Source: Arenicellales bacterium (GTDB lineage: Bacteria > Pseudomonadota > Gammaproteobacteria > Arenicellales > Poriferihabitantaceae). Taken from it: a DNA stretch of 64,000 bases. A program made the position numbers and the translations under genes. The DNA lies in contig CBDDOO010000001.1 of assembly GCA_965231905.1 (NCBI GenBank), positions 523,640 to 587,639 of the forward strand, written 5' to 3'. Of this stretch, positions 19,289-28,756 are shown piece by piece; position 1 is the stretch's first letter; every line of letters starts with the position of its first letter. The notes beneath the pieces were generated by a model, which worked only from the letters and a program-made list of their open reading frames with translations, was not told where the DNA came from and did not search any database.

Positions 19289-22220
19289 TCATGTCAGTTG
19301 ACGTCGGATCAGGTTCTGGAATATCCCGCCGATTTCCATTAATTCTGTAAAGTTTCCCTCCTCGACCACACGCCCCGCCTGCATCACATAAATACGGTCT
19401 GCCTGGCGCAGCGTGGAGAGGCGATGGGCAATGACGATTCTGGTTGCGTCTATGCGAGAAAGATTTTCCATGACTTCAGCCTGACTCTCATTATCCAGCC
19501 AGTTTGTCGCCTCGTCAAGCAGCAGAATCCGTGGATTATGAATGAGCGTACGAGCAATCAGGATGCGCTGGCTTTCGCCTCCCGACATGCCCCCCCCCCC
19601 CCCCCCCGGCGGCGCCCACACAGGTCAACATTTTCATCGGCATTGCGGAAATCTCCCGGTCCACGGCGGCCAGTCGGGAGGCCCGCCACGCATCCTTGCT
19701 GGTTGCGTTTTCATGACCACCGACGATGTTATCCCACACGTCTTCCGGGTGGAGTTGCACGGCCTGTGGAATGACGCCGATCTTTCGGCGCACCTGCTTG
19801 ATGTTCAGGTGTCTGAGGTCACGCCCGTCATAGTACACTGTGCCGCTTGTTGGTTCGTCAAGGCCGAGCATCAACCGGAAGAGCGTGCTTTTGCCTGCCC
19901 CGGATCCTCCGGTGATCGCGACAAACTCACCGGGACGCGCATGAATCGACAGGTCGTCGAGGATTAGTGGGCCATCCGCATCATATCGGAAATTGACGTG
20001 ATCAAGCCGGATGTCTCCGGTCAGGGTATCGACGGGGCTGCCGCCGGTACCTGTTTCCGGAGGTTCAGTGAGAAAGGGCCGAATCTGGTTGATTGCCGGC
20101 ATGATTGCGGCAACAACGCTGAACGACGCGCCGAGGCGTGTCACCGCCCCCAGAAACACCATGAACAGGGTATAGACGACGAGAAAATCTCCAACCTGGA
20201 TCGTTTCACGGCCCGGCAGCGTGGCGGCGACCAGCAAAACAGCGCCTGCAACAAGTGGTATCGCGGCGCCCAATGCCTGTAGGTGCCTCTCGATGGCGTT
20301 GTGTTCCAATTCGGCTTGTTTCTGTTCCCGGTAGCCGCGGGCCCATAGCGCGAACGCCGACCCTTCGGCGCCTTCCACACGCAATACGGAAATTCCGTTA
20401 ATGATCTGGAACAGCCGCCCCGCCAGATTCTGCATGGCCAGCGCCATCCGGCCATGGGGCGCCATCTGCCGCAGACCCAAAGCCACCGTAACGGTCAGGG
20501 AAATGAGGCCGAATACAGCCGCAACGCCGCCCAGCATCGGGCTGTAGGCGAAGGCGAGAAGGAATGCGGGCAACAGGAAGACGGTGGATAGCGTTCCATT
20601 GACAGCCACATTCTGTACGGCATCACGAAGAGCCTGGAATGTCATGCCGCGCGTGGCAAGGTCGCCAGCCGGGTAACGATGGAGAAAACGCGGCGGCAAC
20701 CGGAGGAGACGATCCTGGAACGCAGACTCTGCCCGTGATGCGGCGCGTCCTTCAAGGCGCATTAACGCCATTCCCTGAAGCACATGCATCAATGCCACGA
20801 TCAGGGCAACCACCGCCAGAGCCATGCATGCCGCGTAAAGCAGTTGAATCTCGCCAGTCGGGATCACATCATCTGCGACAAAGCCCAGTATCACGGCGGG
20901 CAGCAACATACCCAGCCCGGACAGCAGTCCTGTCACGAGAAACCACAGGAAGTCCACGGAACTCCCCTTGAAAGCCAGGCTGAACAGGTCCCGCAACCCT
21001 GCCGGACCTTGAGTTAGCGGTGGGTAAAACAACCAGGCTTCGGTACGCAGTGAGCGGGCGCGTTCTGCGGTAATCCTGGTGTGATGTCCCGCAGGAAGCG
21101 CTTCTTCGTAGCCTCTTGTCTTGTTCGGCAACAGAGCGACGGGCTGTCCATCTTTTTCCCGGAACGCCAGCATTGCACCGCCGCAATTCAGCCACCACTT
21201 CTTCCCCTGATGAAGTCGTACCCGGCGCGCGCGCACGCCGGACACATCCAGGATATGAACGAGGCGTTCGGAAAAATCAGCGGTGTCCGCCCGCTTCGGA
21301 AATGTAAAGTGGATGCCTTCATGTTGCCCTATGATTCCCAGCGCATCCTGCAGCGCCGCGTCTTCGGAGCGAGTGTCGGTCTCTTTCAAAAGACCGTAAA
21401 GATTGAACAGGTGATGGCGGGCGCCATCTTCCTCGGACCGGCGGTTGGTCACCCGCTCCCGCTCCAGGTTGATCTGGTCAACCACGGCAAGCCCTCGATT
21501 GAGTCGCTCCAGAGAAAGCGCTACATCATGGAAGCGCTTCAACGCCGGTATCAGAAGCCCTTTCCCAGCGAGCGTCCCGGAAGAGTGGACGGACAACTGC
21601 CGCGGTTCCATCAGAGTGATCCAGGTTCCGCGCATGAGTGGTATCCCGGTTTCTGCGCCTTTGCCATCAAAGCGGTTCTTTGACGGATCAAGCAGGCCCA
21701 GAAACAGACTCGCGCCTGGCGGCAGACCGGATATCCATACTACCTCGCGCCGGGTTGAGACCACGCCGGCGCCTGCCATTGGCGCCTCCCCGGCTTCAAC
21801 CAGCATATCCGTCCGTGTCGACTTCGTATCGTAGCGCGACAACATGGAAGAAATATCGGTGATCCAGGAATCCACTTGCTTTGCCAGTTCCGTATTGTCT
21901 GTCATGGTCAGGCTCGCAACAGGGACACGACGCAGCATCGTCCCCGGCAAACCTTTCGCAATCAGGCTGAGTGTCGTGGGTCCCGCGCTCGGTACAACGC
22001 CGGGCAGGAGGCGGCCGGATTCAGCGCGCAGCAAATGCTGTTGCGCCGCCTGCTCAACCTCACCCTTGCGTTCCACTATGAACAGGTCCACCGTGCCTTT
22101 TTCGACAAACCAGGCAAATTGTGAATCACTCATGTCGAGCGGCAGGTTGCCGGCGCAAGGCACAGGAGAGCCTGCCCTGGCGGCAAGGGCGGCGAGTGGA
22201 ACGGGCTCGGGAATCGTCAT
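19289..22220 (-). pseudogene. NHLP bacteriocin-export ABC transporter permease/ATPase subunit, frameshifted (+1) at a G18 run
   Basis: ORF 22220-19536 carries the TM domain and Walker A (GGSGAGKS). The signature MSGGESQR, Walker B LLLDEAT and IAHRLST are in another frame (19621-19289), and the frames switch at the homopolymer. The total span of 2932 nt is 3n+1. Confidence 0.88.
19590..19607 (-). repeat. 18-nt G homopolymer (C18 on + strand)
   Basis: Directly visible: ...CATG C18 GGCGGCGCC... Confidence 0.95.
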
Positions 22221-22224
22221 TGCG

Positions 22225-24435
22225 CTAACCAGCCTGAACCAACTGGCGATAGAGCCCGTTTCGATCCTTCATCAATTCGTCATGGGCGCCCCGCTGGACT
22301 TCCGTGCCCTTGTCGAGCACGATGATCTGGTTACAGTCCCGAACCGTGCTCAGCCGGTGCGCGACGATCAGGCAACTGATCCCCCGGCGGCGCAGTGCGT
22401 CATCAATCAATTCCTCGGTGGCTGCGTCAAGAGCGCTGGTTGCCTCATCAAGGATCAGAAATACGGGGTTGCTGGCGAGTGCGCGCGCGATTTCCAGCCG
22501 TTGCTTCTGGCCGCCACTGAAATTGCCGCCATCCTCGTTCACCCGGGTTGTGTAGCCAAGCGGCCGATTCAGGATATCGTCGTGGATACAGGCATCTTTG
22601 GCCGCGGCAACCACCGTTTCGTCGGGGACAGAAGGATTCCACAAGGTGATGTTGTCACGCACGCTTGCCGAGAAGAGACTGACATGCTGATCCACCGCCG
22701 AAATCGAACGTGACAATATCTCGCGGGGGATGCCGTGGCGCGGGTGACCGTCAAACAGGATTTCTCCGGACCAGGGCTGATGGAGACCCGACAAAAGGCG
22801 CGCCAATGTCGATTTTCCAGAGCCGCTTGGTCCGACTACAGCCACCCTCTGTCCAGGCGCTATTGTCAGGTTGAATTCCTGGATCATCGGTGGTCGGGCA
22901 CGGTTGTATCCGAAGCTCAAGTCACGCAATTCCACATGGCCGGTCAGTTTCAGTCGCCCATTGAGCGAGGAAACAGCCTCAGGGGTTGCAGGCAAGTTCT
23001 CCGGCGCCGGGGATTGCGGAGTTTTCGTGATATCTTCCAGGCGCTGCAAATCGGCCTCGATGGTCTGATGATCACTGGTAAACTCGACGAAGCGTCCGAC
23101 CGGAGCCAGGAACATACTTGCGATGATATAGAACCCGACCAGGGTACCCAGGGTCAATTCGCCAGCCATTACCTGAATTGCTCCGAAAGCCAGCGCCGCC
23201 GCATTGCCCAGAATCATGAAAAAGCCAGACAGGGAGGCATTGATGTACCCGAGTTCCGCGAAGCCCTGGCGCGCAATCAGTTCACGCGCATGATGGCCGT
23301 TCCAGCGGGAGAGAAACTGGTCGTCCGATGCGGTCATCCGTAATGTCTCGGCTTGATTCAGCATCAGGATGCCGACACCGGCCAGCAGTCCCTGCTCCCG
23401 TCGCAAGGTCAGGCTGTTGTCCCGCCGGATGCGTGTAACCGCGTATGCCAGCGCCGCATGGACCACCGCGAGGCCCAGTACGATCAGCGCCAGCATCGGC
23501 GCATGGACCAGCATGACAACCAGAAAAATCACACTCATTACGGCTTCGGTCAGCAGGCTGAAAAAATGTTCTGAAATGCCTTTGGCAACCCGGTCGATGG
23601 ACAGAACCCGGGCGGTCAGGTCACCGACAAATCGATGATTGAAGAACTCCGCCGGCAGACGCAGCATTTGTGAGACACAACGATTTCCCTCGGTCACGGA
23701 TAATCGGATCGCCAGTCGTTGCAGCCATCTTTGCCGGAGCAGGGTCAGCCCGTAGCACAGCGCGGCGGTGGCAATCAGGGCGCTGGCTATGAGCCCACCC
23801 CAGGGTTCGTCGCCCCCCAGCGTCCGGTCCACGAAAACAGCCAGCAAAGCCGGCGTTACCAGCGCCAGAGCGGCCAGCATCACGCCGCACAACAGGGTAC
23901 AGGTCAGCGCTCCCCCGGTTCCGCTGAACCAAAGCGAAATCTGTTTCAGGACGTTGGGCCGACTGCCTCCGCGTTGAAACTCCGGGCCGGGATTGAATTC
24001 CAGCGCCACCCCGGCGAAACCATATTTGAATTCTTGCGCAGAGAGTGTGCGGCGGCCTGATGAGGGATCATTGAGAAAAAAACGCTTGTGGTCAAAACCT
24101 TCCAGAATCAGAAAGTGGTTGAATTCCCAGAACAGGACGAGCGGTAACGGCATTTTCTTGAGAGTGTCTATCGAGACGTTGCGACCGACACATTCCAGTC
24201 CGTAATAGCGGGCGGCCCGCAAGAGGCCGGCGGCGCTGGAGCCATCCCGGCTGACTTCGCATCTTGTCCGCAACTCTGTGAGCGGTACCCAGCGACCAAA
24301 CCAGGCGAGTATGCTCCCAAGACATGCGGCGGCGCACTCGGTCACATGCATTTGCAATAATAGCGGTGTGGTTACGCGCTTCCGTGTGGGCTGACCCGAG
24401 GGGCCGGTAGTCTCTGTTTTTCGATCCCGAAACAT
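22225..24435 (-). CDS. NHLP-family peptidase-containing ABC transporter (C39 peptidase/permease/ATPase)
   Basis: QMHVTECAAACL (catalytic Cys), WEFNHF (His), TM domain, GPSGSGKS, FSGGQKQR and LILDEAT. Confidence 0.92.
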   Translation of the reverse strand: MFRDRKTETTGPSGQPTRKRVTTPLLLQMHVTECAAACLGSILAWFGRWVPLTELRTRCEVSRDGSSAAGLLRAARYYGLECVGRNVSIDTLKKMPLPLVLFWEFNHFLILEGFDHKRFFLNDPSSGRRTLSAQEFKYGFAGVALEFNPGPEFQRGGSRPNVLKQISLWFSGTGGALTCTLLCGVMLAALALVTPALLAVFVDRTLGGDEPWGGLIASALIATAALCYGLTLLRQRWLQRLAIRLSVTEGNRCVSQMLRLPAEFFNHRFVGDLTARVLSIDRVAKGISEHFFSLLTEAVMSVIFLVVMLVHAPMLALIVLGLAVVHAALAYAVTRIRRDNSLTLRREQGLLAGVGILMLNQAETLRMTASDDQFLSRWNGHHARELIARQGFAELGYINASLSGFFMILGNAAALAFGAIQVMAGELTLGTLVGFYIIASMFLAPVGRFVEFTSDHQTIEADLQRLEDITKTPQSPAPENLPATPEAVSSLNGRLKLTGHVELRDLSFGYNRARPPMIQEFNLTIAPGQRVAVVGPSGSGKSTLARLLSGLHQPWSGEILFDGHPRHGIPREILSRSISAVDQHVSLFSASVRDNITLWNPSVPDETVVAAAKDACIHDDILNRPLGYTTRVNEDGGNFSGGQKQRLEIARALASNPVFLILDEATSALDAATEELIDDALRRRGISCLIVAHRLSTVRDCNQIIVLDKGTEVQRGAHDELMKDRNGLYRQLVQAG

Positions 24436-25311
24436 TCATGAACGTCCGGAAGTCAGGATATCAATCGGCGCACTCTCGCCGAGTTCGATGCGAATACGGC
24501 AGGGGGCGCCATCCGGCGCGGAAAGGTCTGACGTTTGATCGAGTTCTACATCCACGCGATGTCCATACCCGGCCGGAACATGCAGTAGTGCGGCAAGCCA
24601 GAGAGGGTACGGTCCGACAGTCAGGGAAATGACCTTACCCGGTACACGGGATATTGTGCCGTCAGGCATCGTAATCCCTACATCCGTCGACATGCCGGGT
24701 TTTATATGCCTTGCCGTATCCGGGGTGACGTGCAACACCGCCCGGGGTGTCCGGGCCGCTCCGGCGCGGAGCTGGGCAATCACAGTACCCGCCGACACAT
24801 AGTCGCCGGGAGTCACGTGGAGGTTCATGACTTCGCCGCCGCTGTGGCTGACGACCAGAGACCGCGCGGCGCGGTTGGCCTCCAACTGCAGTAATGCGAC
24901 ATGGGCCGAGTCCAGAAGTGAGCGCGCGGCGGCATCCTGGCTATCAGTCTGTCGGAGTTCGTCTATGCGTCTTTGCAACACGGAGAGCTCGCGTTCCAAC
25001 TCCGGAACGGTTTGCCGGGCTATCGGCTCACCGGGTGTAATGTGGTCTCCGTGGGCAACCTGGAATTCCAGGAGGTGGCCGGGCTCCAGCGCCGTCACTT
25101 CATATCGAAGGCCCGGCCGGAGCAGGATTCCATCCAGGGTCACACTGCGGGGGATGCTGCCAAAGACACCCCATAAAATGAATGCCGCCAGAACCATGCC
25201 GACACTGGCCAGCATGATACGTTCGTGAGGAGCGGTGATCCACAACAAGTGATCCAGTTGTTTTCGTTCGCTCCTGCTGGCAGCGGTTTCAGTATGAAAT
25301 GGACTAAACAT
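24436..25311 (-). CDS. NHLP system secretion/membrane-fusion protein (HlyD-like)
   Basis: QLDHLLWIT.P..RI.L N-terminus, single TM helix, WGVFGSIP, lipoyl-like hairpin halves around a coiled coil; abuts the C39 transporter. Confidence 0.85.
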   Translation of the reverse strand: MFSPFHTETAASRSERKQLDHLLWITAPHERIMLASVGMVLAAFILWGVFGSIPRSVTLDGILLRPGLRYEVTALEPGHLLEFQVAHGDHITPGEPIARQTVPELERELSVLQRRIDELRQTDSQDAAARSLLDSAHVALLQLEANRAARSLVVSHSGGEVMNLHVTPGDYVSAGTVIAQLRAGAARTPRAVLHVTPDTARHIKPGMSTDVGITMPDGTISRVPGKVISLTVGPYPLWLAALLHVPAGYGHRVDVELDQTSDLSAPDGAPCRIRIELGESAPIDILTSGRS

Positions 25312-25314
25312 GGT

Positions 25315-26451
25315 TTATGGTCCTTCAGTTTTGTATTCACTCGACCAGGGACACATCAGGCAATAGATATAGGCTTTGACTGCATCTGCCCGATTCTCGC
25401 ACAACGAGATCTTGATGTGATGGATTCCGCGGATGAGTATCAGCGCCCCGGACCGACAGATCAGCGCTTCGGGTTTCGACGGCCACCTGGTCAACGCGGT
25501 CAGTTTCTCCGGAACAGCAAGGTCTGACTCGCGCAAGCAGTCCATGAACGTGGTCCATTGGTACGGACTGTCTATCCAGTAACGCGGATCGTTCGCGATT
25601 CTTTTTTTAGCCATGAAACTGACTCCGAGCCTTGCGCCCGGACCATCAGAGGTTATGTCAAGATGGGCCCCCAGATCGACAAAAGCGTCACGCTCTTCAA
25701 AATGCTTTATAGTCAACGATCCGATCACATCGGGTTGTCCGGGCCAACCGGCGCGCTCCAGAAACGCCAGGATGTCACCAGAATTCCGAAAGCCTGTTAC
25801 GGCAAGCCGGAGCCCTCTTATCCGTGACGGGAAGGCGCCAAAAGACTCGATTCGCGCGCCATTTTCCAGCGCCTGACATACACGCCTGACATGCCGATGT
25901 TCTTCGCGGGTCGGGTTCCATCCGACGGCTGCAAAGGTCGCATCCAGCGCGGCGGCAGCGGCCTGTTGGTCACCGCCGATGATCGGTTCAACGGGCCGCA
26001 GAAAGATTCCGGGAGCCGGACTTGTCTCATCCGGCGCCGATTCGACATCGTATTCCAACATCATCTTGTGACCAAAGATCTGACGGACGGCAGAGTCGGC
26101 GGATTTGGTCTCGTTCAGCAACCAGGTGAGTCCCGCCGCGGGGGCGGTCGCGTCCGGGGAGCGCCCCTGCCGTTCGAAGAACGCGGCAGACCGGGTTCCG
26201 CCGATTACCGAGACGCCGAAGTCTGCCTTCGCTTCGCGTTCACCCAGTGGCAATTCGAATCCGAACGGGAATGCGGCTACCGTAGAAGGGAGCTCGCGGG
26301 CGCGTTCAAGCAGTTTCGTCCATCCTTGTCCGGAAATCAGGGCAGGAGCGATATAGCTTTCGAGTTGCGAAAGCAGAGCCCCGAAAGAGTCCGCCTCACA
26401 GTCCAGTTGATCCTCGGCGGCGGCAAGCTTTTCTTCAATATCTGGCTGCAT
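25315..26451 (-). CDS. Protein of unknown function inside the RiPP operon (candidate tailoring enzyme)
   Basis: ~379-aa open frame tightly packed between ycaO and the HlyD gene; soluble-looking alpha/beta pattern; C-terminal RGIHHIKI...VKAY. No family could be assigned confidently. Confidence 0.75.
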   Translation of the reverse strand: MQPDIEEKLAAAEDQLDCEADSFGALLSQLESYIAPALISGQGWTKLLERARELPSTVAAFPFGFELPLGEREAKADFGVSVIGGTRSAAFFERQGRSPDATAPAAGLTWLLNETKSADSAVRQIFGHKMMLEYDVESAPDETSPAPGIFLRPVEPIIGGDQQAAAAALDATFAAVGWNPTREEHRHVRRVCQALENGARIESFGAFPSRIRGLRLAVTGFRNSGDILAFLERAGWPGQPDVIGSLTIKHFEERDAFVDLGAHLDITSDGPGARLGVSFMAKKRIANDPRYWIDSPYQWTTFMDCLRESDLAVPEKLTALTRWPSKPEALICRSGALILIRGIHHIKISLCENRADAVKAYIYCLMCPWSSEYKTEGP

Positions 26452-26452
26452 T

Positions 26453-28756
26453 TCACGCAATGACGGGAACCGGGTTCAGGTTTGCCTCTTCTGTGGCACA
26501 TTCTCTCAAGCCCATTTCTACCGGCACGTCGTAAAGGCGCCCCGGCGCGAAACGTTCCCAGAAGTGACGCAGGCCGGGCACAATCACACGCGCTACCGGC
26601 ATGCCGACATCGGGGCGGGTCTGGTCAAGCGCCAGAAATTCCATCCCCCTGGCTTCAATCAACGCGCGGCACCATTGTACATCCTCTTTCAGGTCTTGTG
26701 TATCCGGAACCGTATAATCCGATCTGTCGCGCATCCGGGTATCCCGCGCTGGCGCCAGATGGGGATGGTCCGCCAGTTTCCCGTTCTTCCACCACCACAG
26801 GCACATCGGATCATCAACCCCGTAGCGGGGATGGGTTTGATCCGGGTGAGGAACCCAGGTCAGGCACTGATTCATCTCGCACACGGCTCGCAAGACTGCA
26901 ATATGCGAATCAGTGTGCGCGCCCGCTCCATAGATAATGTCTTCTGTTTCGTGATCAGTTCGGCGTGACAGGGCGACAAAGGCTGGAATACCGAGATCTG
27001 AGGTCAGGTCCAGTACCCACATGTCACGATGATGTTTACTGTAATAGTCGGGAGCGGACGCCAGGTAATCGTCGCCAAAGCTTTCGAGGTTCACGCCGGG
27101 CCGATGCAATCGGTTATACCACCAGATTGCAAAGGCGTCCCGTTCAACCAATTCAAAAAATCCCTGCAAAACAGCTTCTTCCAGGGTGTTGCCGGCGGCG
27201 CAGCCATTGGAATCAGCCCAAAGCCCCGAGTTCCCGCGTTGTTCCGGGGTGGCTCCATAGAGCATGAATGTCGGCAACCAGTAATGTTGGTCTTTGGTGA
27301 GCGACCATACCGGCGACCAGTCCAGTTCTCTTTCCGGGTCGAACCGGGGCGGGACGATATTGTAAGGGTGACCGCGGGAGTTGATTTCCTGCGCATGGTC
27401 CAGTTGCCAGTCACTGAACAACTGGACATCGTTCGGGTGGATTGCCTGTCCGTTTCCGGTCACAGGAAAATCCACCAAACGCTTTCGGCGTCGAATCTCG
27501 TCGCCATGGAAGGCCCCGGAATAACGTTCAATCGCCTCGCACAGGGCGCTCACTTCGGATTGTTCCGCCGTGCTGCCCTTGCCCGCGCTCTTGCTTCGCA
27601 AACTGCGTCGCAACGAGCTCAGGCTCCTGATTCGCAATGCGAGATTGCTCCCGGCCCAGTGAACATGCAGCCAGGGGTCAGTCTCGGGAGTCGTTCTGGC
27701 AACCCATGTGACGATTCCACTCACCGGGCTGACCAGATGCCGGTATCGGGCAAGGGTCTGCGCCGGTGGCAATGCGCGTACCCCGCCACTGTTGTGAAAC
27801 CCCTTCGGACTCGGTTGTAATCGTACCGGAAGCGCCGGTCGATCCGCGTTGCGGAGCGCCGCGTCTCCACAGGCCGCGCACTGTGGCCGACGCATGACCG
27901 TATGATATTCGCTTTTCAACCGAATGACATCCAGTGAAATCACCTGTTCATGGAGCGCCGCCGCATCCTTCAGGACCAGCCACCTGGTGATCTCGACGGC
28001 CATGATTCCGTAGACAATATCCAGAACCGCGGGCTCAGCCACGTTGGGGCGAAAAGCCGCCGCCTCACCGGAATGGTTTCGCAGAAAGGAATGGATCTCC
28101 TGATGATTTCGCAAACGGTGGCAGAGACAGGCCTGGCACGGGCCTTTCTCCGCGGGCCGAAAGACCGGGCCGAAAAGGGGTTGCATTCCCCTGGGTTGAA
28201 TCAGAATCCAGGGCATACCGGAGTCAAGATGGCGCCGATTGACGGTATCATACTGTTCGTCCAGATAGTCGGCACAGACGAAGACGGACAAGGTCGGCCG
28301 CTCAGAACCGACGGCGACACCCAGGGTTTCAAGCCATCTGGCGAGGCGGCCGTCGTCACCATGAATCGCCACCTTCACCGTCCTCAACCGTTCCTCGACC
28401 CGGCGGGGGGATGCGCCTGACGAAGACCAGAATGCCGCCTTGCCCGGTTCCATCTTATAGTCGCCTGAAACGATGTATCCCCTGTCCGCCAGAGAAACCA
28501 AAGCCGCCCGCACATCGTCTTTCGGATACATTCCATCAAGAGTATGGATGATACTGTCTTGCGAGCGGCAACCATCCAGCAGTGGCAGGAGGTCTCCGTA
28601 TAGCTGTCCGTGGAGCAGTGTGTTGAACGTTTCGGAGACCAGAAGCGTCTGTCCGTCTCCGATCAGGCGGAACTCAAGGTGTGGTGTAAGAATCGGGCGT
28701 TCCGGCTGACTGCAATCGGCTGCAACAAGTGTCTTCAAACGCTCGCGCTCATCCAT
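26453..28756 (-). CDS. Fused RRE / E1-like / YcaO cyclodehydratase (TOMM C-D fusion)
   Basis: N-terminal RRE-like winged helix, GPVFRP..GPCQAC and RRPQCAAC E1-like Zn motifs, YcaO ATP motifs (SAGKG, SALCEAIERYS, DSNGCAAG, ELVERDA) and C-terminal NPVP. Confidence 0.92.
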   Translation of the reverse strand: MDERERLKTLVAADCSQPERPILTPHLEFRLIGDGQTLLVSETFNTLLHGQLYGDLLPLLDGCRSQDSIIHTLDGMYPKDDVRAALVSLADRGYIVSGDYKMEPGKAAFWSSSGASPRRVEERLRTVKVAIHGDDGRLARWLETLGVAVGSERPTLSVFVCADYLDEQYDTVNRRHLDSGMPWILIQPRGMQPLFGPVFRPAEKGPCQACLCHRLRNHQEIHSFLRNHSGEAAAFRPNVAEPAVLDIVYGIMAVEITRWLVLKDAAALHEQVISLDVIRLKSEYHTVMRRPQCAACGDAALRNADRPALPVRLQPSPKGFHNSGGVRALPPAQTLARYRHLVSPVSGIVTWVARTTPETDPWLHVHWAGSNLALRIRSLSSLRRSLRSKSAGKGSTAEQSEVSALCEAIERYSGAFHGDEIRRRKRLVDFPVTGNGQAIHPNDVQLFSDWQLDHAQEINSRGHPYNIVPPRFDPERELDWSPVWSLTKDQHYWLPTFMLYGATPEQRGNSGLWADSNGCAAGNTLEEAVLQGFFELVERDAFAIWWYNRLHRPGVNLESFGDDYLASAPDYYSKHHRDMWVLDLTSDLGIPAFVALSRRTDHETEDIIYGAGAHTDSHIAVLRAVCEMNQCLTWVPHPDQTHPRYGVDDPMCLWWWKNGKLADHPHLAPARDTRMRDRSDYTVPDTQDLKEDVQWCRALIEARGMEFLALDQTRPDVGMPVARVIVPGLRHFWERFAPGRLYDVPVEMGLRECATEEANLNPVPVIA

